Shown piece by piece: positions 55,113 to 62,935 of a stretch of DNA of 64,000 bases. Position numbers and translations under genes: made by a program. Numbering within the stretch: the stretch's first letter is position 1; every line of letters starts with the position of its first letter. The notes under the pieces are model-generated. The model made no database searches and was not told the origin of the DNA. It saw only the letters and a list, made by a program, of their open reading frames with translations. The DNA comes from Thermoleophilia bacterium (lineage in GTDB: Bacteria; Actinomycetota; Thermoleophilia; Gaiellales; Gaiellaceae): the NCBI GenBank assembly GCA_041393535.1, contig JAWKJY010000010.1:50363-114362 (forward strand), read 5' to 3'.

Positions 55113-55891
55113 GCGGCCTCCTTCAGGCCTTCCTCACCGCGGCGGTCGCCCGGTGCGAGGAAGGTCTCGAGCCGCTCGCCCAGCATGCGCGGGTTCTCGC
55201 CGGCCTGGATCGCGAGCACGGCCTCGAGGATCATCTCGCGGTAGTGCACCTCCTCGGCGGAGAAGCTCTTGAGCCGGTTCGCGATCGGGAAGTAGATGAC
55301 GTTCGCGGAGCCGACGCCGTAGAGCGTCGCGAGGAACGCGCCCGCGATCGAGTGGCCGAGCGACGCGGGGTCGCTCAGGTTCTCGAGCACGTGCACGAGC
55401 GAGAGGACGGTGCCGAGGATGCCGATGGTCGGCGCGAAGCCGCCGCCCATCTGGAAGATGTTCGCGTTCGCGCCGTGGCGCTTCGCCATGCCGTCGATCT
55501 CGGCCTCGAGCATGGAGCGGACGAGCTCCGAGTCGGTGCCGTCGACGACGAGCTGCAGCCCCTTCTTCGCGAACGGGTCGTCGATCTGCTTGATGTCCTC
55601 CTCGAGCGCGAGAAGGCCCTCGCGGCGCGCCTTCTCGGCCACCTTGACCATCTGGCCGATCGCGCCGTGGTGATCCAGATCGGTCCCCTTCATCGCGAAG
55701 ATCATCAGCTTGGGGATCGCCTTCGTCGCCTCGATCGGCTGCGAGGCGATCGTCACGCCGAGCGTGCCCCCGAGCACGATCAGGAGCGACGGGATGTTGA
55801 TCAGGCCGGCGGGGTTGCCGCCTTCCATGATCATCCCGACCATGATCCCCATGATCGCGACGACGATGCCGATCCCGGCAGTTGCCTTCAT
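55109..55891 (-). CDS. motA: flagellar stator protein MotA
   Basis: 260 aa, 4 TM. GGGFAPTIGILGTVLSLVHVL...GAFLATLYGVGSANVIYFPIA. Confidence 0.9.
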   Translation of the reverse strand: MKATAGIGIVVAIMGIMVGMIMEGGNPAGLINIPSLLIVLGGTLGVTIASQPIEATKAIPKLMIFAMKGTDLDHHGAIGQMVKVAEKARREGLLALEEDIKQIDDPFAKKGLQLVVDGTDSELVRSMLEAEIDGMAKRHGANANIFQMGGGFAPTIGILGTVLSLVHVLENLSDPASLGHSIAGAFLATLYGVGSANVIYFPIANRLKSFSAEEVHYREMILEAVLAIQAGENPRMLGERLETFLAPGDRRGEEGLKEAA

Positions 55892-56022
55892 CGCAGGGTG
55901 CTCCGCTCCGTCGGTGCCATCAGCCGGCCCTCCATGGCCGCACTGTCGGGGACACGTCTTGCAGCCCGAGTGATCGGCACCCGCCCTCCGGGCTGCTCAC
56001 CCGTCGGAGGGATGACAACGCC

Positions 56023-56160
56023 GGGGAGAAGCTCGCGCGTCTCCCCCACGGGCCCCCTCATCGCGCCAGGCCACGCGCACTCGGGCTCCCGCCCCACGAA
56101 CACGTCGAAGCTCCCCTCCCGGACGACGCGGTCGCCGGACGGCAGCAAGCTGCCCTCCCC
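56023..56160 (+). repeat. intergenic repeat family, copy b (flbD-motA gap)
   Basis: GGGGAGAAGCTCGCGCGTCTCCCCCACGGGCCCCCTCATCGCGCCAGGCCAC...CTCGGGCTCCCGCC...GCAGCAAGCTGCCCTCC. Confidence 0.6.
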
Positions 56161-56259
56161 GGCGAGGTCGCGGGGGAGAAGCGGGGCGTGCTGGCGCCCG
56201 CCGGGGCGGGACCAGGCGGGCGCCGGGTTGGGACGGCGGCGGGACGACACGCGGTGCGG

Positions 56260-56499
56260 CTACTCGGTGCTGCCGTGGATCACGCGCAGCTCGGGCGGCG
56301 GGCCGTACGACGACGCGAGGATGCTCGCGTGCCAGGCGCGGACGAGCTCGGCGATCTCGGCGGGCGTCTCGCGCACGACGTGCTTGACGCCCGTCGTCAG
56401 CGTGACGACCGTGTCCGGCTTCGACTCGACCATGTGCAGCAGCGCCGGGTTCAGCAGGAAGGACGGCTCGCCGTGGCGGAGCGGATGGAGCTCGATCAT
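56260..56499 (-). CDS. flbD: flagellar protein FlbD (SwrD-like)
   Basis: MIELHPLRHGEPSFLLNPALLHMVESKPDTVVTLTTGVKHVVRETPAEI. Confidence 0.8.
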   Translation of the reverse strand: MIELHPLRHGEPSFLLNPALLHMVESKPDTVVTLTTGVKHVVRETPAEIAELVRAWHASILASSYGPPPELRVIHGSTE

Positions 56500-56520
56500 G
56501 GGTGTGCCCTCCGGGAGGCC

Positions 56521-56555
56521 CGCGGCGGCGGGGCGCGAGGCGCCCCGCCGCCGCG
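56521..56555. other. perfect 16-bp GC stem-loop between flgE and flbD
   Basis: CGCGGCGGCGGGGCGC-GAG-GCGCCCCGCCGCCGCG. No T-tract. Confidence 0.5.
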
Positions 56556-56565
56556 GAGGGCCTCG

Positions 56566-57414
56566 CTAGCGGCCGACGTTGGCGAGCTGCTGGAGCATCT
56601 CGTCCGCGGCGGAGATGATCCGGGTGTTGGCCTGGAAGCCGCGCTGGGCGGTGATCATCGACGTGAACTCCTGCGCCAGGTCGACGTTCGACATCTCGAC
56701 GGCGCCGGGGACGAGCACGCCCAGGCCGTTCGTGTCGCCCGGCGTGCCGGCGATCTCGAGGCCGGAGTTGTTCGACACGCGGTAGAGGTTCGCGGCCGCG
56801 CGCTCGAGGCCGGCGGCGTTCGGGAACTTCGCCAGCGTGATGCCCGCGACGACGGTCACGGTGCCCGCGGCGTCGACCGCGCTCACCTTGCCGTCCTGCC
56901 CGACCGTGATCGTCTTCGTCCCGGCCGGCACCTGGATCCGGGTCTCGGTGGTCGTCATCGCGTCGGCGACCGGGTCGTAGGCGTAGCCGACGACGTAGTA
57001 GCCGTCCTGGCTGACGAGGAAGCCGTCGCGGTCGAGCGTGAAGTTGCCCGCGCGCGTGTAGACCGAGTCGGTCGAGAGCGAGCCCGTGCCGTCCAGGGTC
57101 TTCAGGCGGAAGAAGCCGTCGCCCTGGACCGCCATGTCGAGCGTGCCGCCCGTCGACTGCACGGCGCCCGAGCTCATCAGGTTGTCGATGCCCGACAGCG
57201 TCACGCCGAGGCCGATCTGGGCCGGGTTCGTGCCGCCGAGGGCGGTCGAGGAGCCGCTCGCGCCCTTCTGCGTCTGCGAGAGCGCCTCCTTGAAGCTCGT
57301 GCGCTGGGCCTTGAAGCCGAGCGTGTTCACGTTCGCGATGTTGTTCGCGGTGACGTCGAGCATGATCTGGTGGGAGCGCAGGCCGCTGATCGCGGAGAAC
57401 ATGGAGCGCATCAT
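56566..57414 (-). CDS. flgE: flagellar hook protein FlgE (short form)
   Basis: MMRSMFSAISGLRSHQIMLDVTANNIANVNTLGFK...VEMSNVDLAQEFTSMITAQRGFQAN. Confidence 0.9.
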   Translation of the reverse strand: MMRSMFSAISGLRSHQIMLDVTANNIANVNTLGFKAQRTSFKEALSQTQKGASGSSTALGGTNPAQIGLGVTLSGIDNLMSSGAVQSTGGTLDMAVQGDGFFRLKTLDGTGSLSTDSVYTRAGNFTLDRDGFLVSQDGYYVVGYAYDPVADAMTTTETRIQVPAGTKTITVGQDGKVSAVDAAGTVTVVAGITLAKFPNAAGLERAAANLYRVSNNSGLEIAGTPGDTNGLGVLVPGAVEMSNVDLAQEFTSMITAQRGFQANTRIISAADEMLQQLANVGR

Positions 57415-57494
57415 GGTGCGTGCCGTCCTTTCGTTCGGCGGGCCTCCTCGCTCGAGGTCCAGCCCGTGTGCCGTCGTGTCGTGCGCGCCGCCGG

Positions 57495-57902
57495 TCAGGC
57501 GATGACGGCGCTGTCGATGTTCGTGAAGACCTGCTCCTTCATGTGCTCACGGCCGACGGCCGTGATCACCGTGCGATTGGCGACCGAGACGACGAACGCC
57601 GTCCCGTCGACGAGGACGAGCGAGTCGCGCGACCCCTTCGAGGCGGCGCGCTCGACGCCGTCCGCGAGACGGGAGAGCGACGTCTCGTCCAGCTCGATGC
57701 CGCGGCGGCGAAGCCGCTCGAGCGCGTGGCCGGAGAAGCGCAGCTGGCCGGTGTCCTCCAGCTTGCGCGTCAGGACCTCGCCGAACGCCGGCCCCTGGAG
57801 GGGCTGGGCCCGGCGCGCACGCTGCGCCTGGTCGGGCGCCGTCGCCGGCGTGACGCCGGTCAGCGGCCCCGGGGGCAGCGGGCTGTTGAGCGCTCCGCTC
57901 AC
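57495..57902 (-). CDS. conserved flagellar operon protein of unknown function (the type found between flgD and flgE)
   Basis: GTG 57902 (GTGA overlap). C-terminus FSGHALERLRRRGIELDETSLSRLADGVERAASKGSRDSLVLVDGTAFVVSVANRTVITAV...VFTNIDSAVI. Confidence 0.7.
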   Translation of the reverse strand: MSGALNSPLPPGPLTGVTPATAPDQAQRARRAQPLQGPAFGEVLTRKLEDTGQLRFSGHALERLRRRGIELDETSLSRLADGVERAASKGSRDSLVLVDGTAFVVSVANRTVITAVGREHMKEQVFTNIDSAVIA

Positions 57903-58312
57903 TCCACGCTCCGGATCTGGGCCGGCGCCACGTCCACGTCGCCGACGCGGATCGAGATGACACCGTCCTCCAGCGACACCGAGGTGGCGACGCCCGAGGT
58001 GGTCGTGCCGTCGCCGACGTCGTAGGTGACCGTCTTGCCGATCAGGGCCACGCTCTCGGAGACGCGGCTCGACCAGGCCATCGTGCCGAGCTCGCTCGCG
58101 AGGTTCGCGACCTGCTCGACCGTCGAGAACTGCGCCATCGTCCCCATGAACTGCGGATCGGAGGTCGGGTTCATCGGGTCCTGGTTCTTCAGCTGCGCGA
58201 CGAGCATCTTCAGGAAGTCGTCCTTCCCGAGCGTGTCCGTGGCGCGGCTCTGCGTGGTCGGCGTGGGCGTCGTCGTGACGGACGTCGTGCCGTTGACCGT
58301 GCTCATCTCCAC
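57899..58312 (-). CDS. flgD: flagellar hook capping/assembly protein FlgD
   Basis: LGKDDFLKMLVAQLKNQDPMNPTSDPQFMGTMAQFSTVEQ. Confidence 0.85.
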   Translation of the reverse strand: MEMSTVNGTTSVTTTPTPTTQSRATDTLGKDDFLKMLVAQLKNQDPMNPTSDPQFMGTMAQFSTVEQVANLASELGTMAWSSRVSESVALIGKTVTYDVGDGTTTSGVATSVSLEDGVISIRVGDVDVAPAQIRSVE

Positions 58313-58318
58313 CTCCTC

Positions 58319-59760
58319 CTAGGCGAGGACGTTCACCTGGGAGCCGGCCAGGGGCAGGCTGCCGGGATCGATCCGGATGTCGTCGGCGTCGAGCTCGTAC
58401 CCGGCCTCGCCGCGGCCCTGGCCGGGCGTCGGCAGGTTCGGATCGCGGTCGGGCCGCTGGCCGTCGCCCCCGGCGAGGCGGACGTCGAGGCCGTGGACGA
58501 CGAGCCCCTGCGCCTCGAGCGACCGCTTCAGGTCGCCGACGGTCTGCTGCAGGGCCTGGGCGGCCTCGGCGCTGTCGGCCACGACCTCGGCCGAGATCCC
58601 GCCTGCGTGGTACTTCAGCGAGATCCGCACCTGCCCGAGGTCGCCGGGCTCGAGCGTGATCCGGGCCTGCGTCGCCTCCTCGCGCGCCGCCATGCGGACG
58701 ACGAGGCGCGTGACCGCCCCTACCTCGTGCAGCCGCGCATGGAGCCGCAGGTCGGTCGGCTGGCCGGGCGCGCCCTGGAGGACGGCGAGCGTCGGGTCGA
58801 CACCGGGCTGGCTGCCCGGCGCGGCCGGGGCCTGCGGCTGGCTCGCCTGGGCCGCGGGCTGGTGCCGCCCGGCGGCCGCCTCGCGGCGGGCCCGCGCGAC
58901 CTCGGCGATCGTCTGCCCCGGCGCCCGGCGCTTTTGCCCGGGCCGTCCGGGCGACCGTGCCGGTCGTCGTCGCGGCCGATGCGCCGCTCGTGGTGGAGCC
59001 CCGGCCCGGCGCCGCGTCGTCATGGCGCTGGCCGTCGTCGGTCGAGCCGTCCTGCGGCTGCTGCGATGTCCGCGGCGCTGCTCGTTCCTCCGCCGGGGCG
59101 AGGGTCGCCTCGGCAGACGGCTGCACCATGGGCGCCGCGGCCCGGCCGGCGGCGGGTCGACGACCGCGGCCGTGGAGGCCGGGAGCGGCGTCGGCGCGAT
59201 CGGCACGGGGCCGTCCAGCGTCGGATCGACAGGCTGGCCGAACACGGCCTGCGGGTCGGGCGGGCGACCGGCCCGAGCGGAGTCCTCGCCCCGCTCGACG
59301 GCCGGCAGCGCGATCGGTGCCTCGCCGGATGGAGCGGGCGGGGGCGGATCGTCGGGTCGGCGACGTCGGGGGAAGGCCGCGGAGCTGGCCCGCCTCCGCG
59401 GCGGTCGGCGGGCCGCCTCGGCCTGCGGCGGCGTCGGCGCCTCGGGCGCCCGGCCTGGGGCTGGCCCTGATCCGGCGCGGGGACGGGTGCCGTCCACCGG
59501 CTGGTCCGGAGCCGGGACGGGCTGGCCGTCGGCGACCCTGCCGACGGCGACCGCGCCTCGGCGTCCGCCGGGGCCTCCTGCGCGCCTTCCGCTCGTGCGT
59601 CCGGGCGCTGTGGCTCCGCCTGGCTCCTTGCCCTCGCGCCGGCCGCGGCGCGGGCGAGGAGCGGGCTGAAGATGTCCTCGCTGCCCTTCGGTGGGCCGTG
59701 CGAGGCGCCTGGTCGGCGTGCCCCGCGTCGCGCGGGAACCGCCGCCACCGTCTGGGTCAT
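58319..59760 (-). pseudogene. fliK: flagellar hook-length control protein FliK; start frame and stop frame differ (at least one frame change in the Pro/Ala-rich middle)
   Basis: ATG 59760 (MTQTVAAV...EDIFSPLLARAAAG) overlaps a TGA in ATGA fashion. The conserved C-terminus (ARITLEPGDLGQVRISLKYHAGGISAEVVADSAEAAQALQQ) is in another frame. 1442 nt is not a multiple of 3. Confidence 0.65.
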
Positions 59761-60350
59761 GGTGCACCCCGGCGTGGTGGTCGTGGTCTGGCCGCCGTAG
59801 GCGGCGTAGTAGCCGAGCACCTTCCTGCACGTAGGCCGGGTCTCGGCGTACGGCGGGATGCCGCTTCGTACTTCTGCACCGCGCCCGGGCCCGCGCTACG
59901 CGGCGAGCGCGAGCGAGACGTTCCTGCCGAAGCGGTCGAGCTGCGCCTTCAGGTAGCGCGTCCCGCCGTCGATCGACTGCGCGGGGTCGTAGACGTTCGT
60001 GACGCCGAGGCCGCGGCCGTGCCGGGCATCAGCTGCAATCCGGCCGGCGGCGCCGGCCGGGCTCGTCACGGTCGGGTCGAAGCCGACTCCTGGCGGATCA
60101 CCGCGCGGACGAGCGCGATCGACGCCGTACTCGCGGCGGCGGCGTCGATCAGCGGCGCGTACTGCGCCTCGCTGGACGTCCCGGGCAGCGGCGCGACCGT
60201 CGGGACGGGCGGCTGCGCGGCCGTCGTGGCCTGCAGCACCTGCGCGAAGGTCGCCCCGCCGACGGCCTGTCCGGCCTGCGTCGCGGTCTGCGGCGGCGTG
60301 ATCAGCCCGGCGATCTCCTGGATGCGCGCGATCGTCGCCTCGAGGCTCAT
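59757..60350 (-). pseudogene. SLT-domain lytic transglycosylase in the fliJ-fliK slot, heavily disrupted (many frame changes plus an internal stop)
   Basis: ATG 60350 (ATGA overlap with the fliJ stop). SLT signature pieces are scattered over all three frames. The pieces are EYGVD | ALVRAVIRQES | GFDPTVTSPAGAAG | LQLMPGTAA | LGVTNVYDPAQSIDGGTRYLKAQLDRFGRNVSLALAA(stop) | NAGPGAVQKY | GIPPYAETR | KVLGYYAAYGG. Confidence 0.7.
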
Positions 60351-60808
60351 CCGAGCCCTCCCCCGGCGGTGATGCGACGGTGGACGGCGAGCGCGATCTC
60401 CCCGAGCACGCCCTCCTCCCGGCGGAGCGCCTCCTCCTCGTGCTCGCGCAGCCGGCGCTCGCGGAGCCGGTCGAGCACCTGGCGGTCGCGGGAGGCGCCG
60501 ACGAGCGCCTCGCGGCGCCGCTCGACGACCTGCTCCTGCACGGCGACGCCGTGGTGCGCCTGGACCGCCTCGCGCTCGAGCCGCTCGACGAAGGCCTGCT
60601 GCAGCGTCAGGTCGGCGCCGCTCAGCGGACGCGCGACCAGCCGCGTCCCCTGGTCGCGCGCGTCGGCGAGGGACTCGTGCGCCCGCCGCAGCTCGGCCTG
60701 GGTCTGCGCGTGCCGCAGGAGCTCGTGCGCGAGCTCCTCCTTGCGCTGCGTCTCGGCCTGCTCGCGGAGCGAGCGGACGGCCTCGAGGTTGAACGTGAAC
60801 TTGCGCAT
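60347..60808 (-). CDS. fliJ: flagellar export chaperone FliJ
   Basis: Start moved to MRKFTFNLEAVRSLRE. 153-aa coiled-coil, position upstream of fliK. Confidence 0.7.
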   Translation of the reverse strand: MRKFTFNLEAVRSLREQAETQRKEELAHELLRHAQTQAELRRAHESLADARDQGTRLVARPLSGADLTLQQAFVERLEREAVQAHHGVAVQEQVVERRREALVGASRDRQVLDRLRERRLREHEEEALRREEGVLGEIALAVHRRITAGGGLG

Positions 60809-60839
60809 CGTGTGGGGTGGGCCGTGAGGCCCCGTCCGG

Positions 60840-60867
60840 TAATCGACCCCCCACCCCGCCCTTTGAG
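60840..60867 (-). promoter_or_regulatory. sigma-28-type promoter candidate upstream of fliJ
   Basis: CTCAAA-N14-GTCGATTA, 31 nt before the fliJ ATG. Confidence 0.5.
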
Positions 60868-60959
60868 GCGCCGGTAGCAAGCTCACTCGCAAGGGGTACG
60901 CCGCCCGGGAGCAGCCCGATCCGGGGGACGGGGAGCCCTGCGACCGCTGCGCCGAGAGG

Positions 60960-61117
60960 ACGGCGCGAGTCCCTCCGAGGAGGAGGGCAGCTCGCTGCGC
61001 TCCGACGACCACGCCCGTCGGGAGGGCGCGGCGACCCGACCGCGCCAGGCGGGAGCCCGAGGGCCGTCCGCCTGGCGCGATGAGGAGGGACGTGGGGGGA
61101 GAAGCGCGAGCTTCTCC
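60960..61117 (-). repeat. intergenic repeat family, copy c (MCP-fliJ gap, reverse orientation)
   Basis: The reverse complement reads GGAGAAGCTCGCGCTTCTCCCCCCACGTCCCTCCTCATCGCGCCAGGCGGACGGCCCTCGGGCTCCCGCCTGGCGCG... The second hairpin is CGCGCCAGGCGG/CCGCCTGGCGCG. The first hairpin starts 8 nt after the MCP stop. Confidence 0.6.
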
Positions 61118-61124
61118 GTCGCAC

Positions 61125-62849
61125 TCAGACGTTGAAGCGCCCCACGAGCTGGTCGAGCTGCTCTGCGGTCCGGGCGAGGCCGGCGGCCGCGGCGGCGAAC
61201 TCCTCGGTCGTCGCCGTCGTCTCCTCGGTCGAGGCCGAGACCTCCTCGGAGGACGCCGAGGACTGCTCGGCGACGACCGCGACCTCGCTGACGTCGGCCC
61301 GGACGCGGTCGGCGCCGTCGGCGACGTCGGCGGCCGCAGCCGCGATCGCGCTGACGCGGGCCGACATGTCCTCGACGGACGTGCCGATCCGGAGGAACGC
61401 CTCGCGGGCGTGCTCGACGATGGCGGCGCCGTCCTCGCTCTTCCTCGCGCCGTCCTCGACGATCTCGACGACGCGCTGGGTCTCGTGCTGGATCTGCTCG
61501 ATCAGCCCGGCGATCGAGCCCGCGGCCCGCTGCGACTCCTCGGCGAGCTTGCGGACCTCCTCGGCGACGACGGCGAAGCCCTTGCCGTGCTCGCCGGCCC
61601 GCGCGGCCTCGATCGCCGCGTTCAGCGCCAGCAGGTTCGTCTGGCCGGCGATCCCGGTGATCGTCTCGACGATGCCGCCGATCTCGGTCGACTTCTCGCC
61701 CAGGTGGCGGATCGCCTCGGTGACGGCGAGGGTCGACTCGCGCACCTCGGTCATCGCGGACGACGCCTGCGAGGCGGCCTGGACGCCCTCCTCGGCGACG
61801 GCGCGCGCCTCGTCGGCCGCCTCGGCCGTCTCCTGCGCGGACGTGGCGGACAGCTGGACGGCCTGCGCCATCTGGTCGGCGGAGCTGCGCACCGCGTCGA
61901 CCATCTTCACCTGGCGCTCGGCGCCCATCGCGACGTCCGTGACGGCCCGCGCGATCTCGCCGATCGCCCGCCCCGCCTGGGTCGACGAGTTCGACATGTC
62001 CCGCGAGGCGTCGAGCAGCGAGCCGCTCGTCGCGCGGATCTGCGCGACCACGGCGGCGAGCGCCTCGACCATCCGGTTGAGGCCCTGGCCGACGTCGTCG
62101 AGCTCCACCATCCCGCTGTTGCGCCAGCGGGTCGTCAGGTTCCCGGCTGCGGCGTCATTCGCGACGCGCTTGATCCCCTCGAGCGCGCGGCCGAGCGCGC
62201 GGATGACGAGGAGGAGCGCGACGAGCGCGACGAGCGCCGAGATCACGCCGAGGACGATCTGCAGCAGGCGGGCCGTCGCGAGGGCGGAGATCGCGTCCTC
62301 GCGCTTCGCCACGGCGAGCGCGTGCACGTGCTCCTGCACGGTGGTCGCCTGGACGACGAACTGGGTCACGAGCGCCGTCGCCTGCGGCGCGAGCTCCGCG
62401 ACGGTCGCCGTGTCGCCCGCGTCCACCGCGGGGAAGAGCTGGTCGAAGACGAGGGGGTCGTGCTGCTCGTCGAGCGTGCGTGCCGCCGCGACGGCGTCGA
62501 CGACGATCTCGTCGTCGGGGAAGCGGGCCACGAGCTCGTCCGCGAGCGCGAACGCCTCGGTCGCCGACTGCTCGAACTCGGCGGGGATCGCCGGGTCGGG
62601 GCTCGCGACGTACTCCGCCTGCAGGCTCCGCTGCAGCTTCATCCGGTCCGCGTACCCGGCGGCCTTGTCCGCGAACACGGCCAGGTCGTCGGCCGCGCGC
62701 AGCGTGTTGCTCGCGCGCTGCATCTGGAGCACGCCGGCGATCGTGGCGGCGACGGCGATCAGGACCGCCCCGCCGATCCCGAGCACCAGGCGCGCGCGGA
62801 CGGACAGGCCGCTGCCGCTCCTCCCCTTCACTCCCGATCCGATTCCCAT
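61125..62849 (-). CDS. methyl-accepting chemotaxis protein (2 TM, periplasmic-type sensor, HAMP, canonical signalling domain)
   Basis: Start moved to MGIGSGV (ATG 62849, GGAG upstream). Tip [45 protein letters not shown]. Confidence 0.9.
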   Translation of the reverse strand: MGIGSGVKGRSGSGLSVRARLVLGIGGAVLIAVAATIAGVLQMQRASNTLRAADDLAVFADKAAGYADRMKLQRSLQAEYVASPDPAIPAEFEQSATEAFALADELVARFPDDEIVVDAVAAARTLDEQHDPLVFDQLFPAVDAGDTATVAELAPQATALVTQFVVQATTVQEHVHALAVAKREDAISALATARLLQIVLGVISALVALVALLLVIRALGRALEGIKRVANDAAAGNLTTRWRNSGMVELDDVGQGLNRMVEALAAVVAQIRATSGSLLDASRDMSNSSTQAGRAIGEIARAVTDVAMGAERQVKMVDAVRSSADQMAQAVQLSATSAQETAEAADEARAVAEEGVQAASQASSAMTEVRESTLAVTEAIRHLGEKSTEIGGIVETITGIAGQTNLLALNAAIEAARAGEHGKGFAVVAEEVRKLAEESQRAAGSIAGLIEQIQHETQRVVEIVEDGARKSEDGAAIVEHAREAFLRIGTSVEDMSARVSAIAAAAADVADGADRVRADVSEVAVVAEQSSASSEEVSASTEETTATTEEFAAAAAGLARTAEQLDQLVGRFNV

Positions 62850-62874
62850 CTGCGTCTCCTTCGCTCCTCCCGAA

Positions 62875-62892
62875 GGCCCGGAAGACCGGGCC
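62875..62892 (-). terminator. short stem-loop between the two MCP genes
   Basis: GGCCCGG-TCTT-CCGGGCC followed by TTCGGG on the minus strand. Confidence 0.35.
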
Positions 62893-62935
62893 AGAACCCC
62901 CTCGGCGTGCTGCCGACCGCGTGCGCGGTCCTGCC

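Noticed and set aside
55971-55978. GCCGATCA or GCCGATCG -10-like octamers upstream of motA (55971-55978), the MCP-B12 gene (52047-52054) and the CHAP gene (35664-35671).
   Set aside because: No CTCAA element lies 14-15 nt upstream in any of the three. An octamer alone is not convincing in this GC-rich sequence. They are kept only as weak hints.
55888-56250. 120-aa minus-strand ORF filling the flbD-motA gap.
   Set aside because: It overlaps repeat copy b, the product is Arg/Pro/Gly-rich, and there is no ribosome-binding site or family resemblance. The region is better explained as non-coding repeat DNA.
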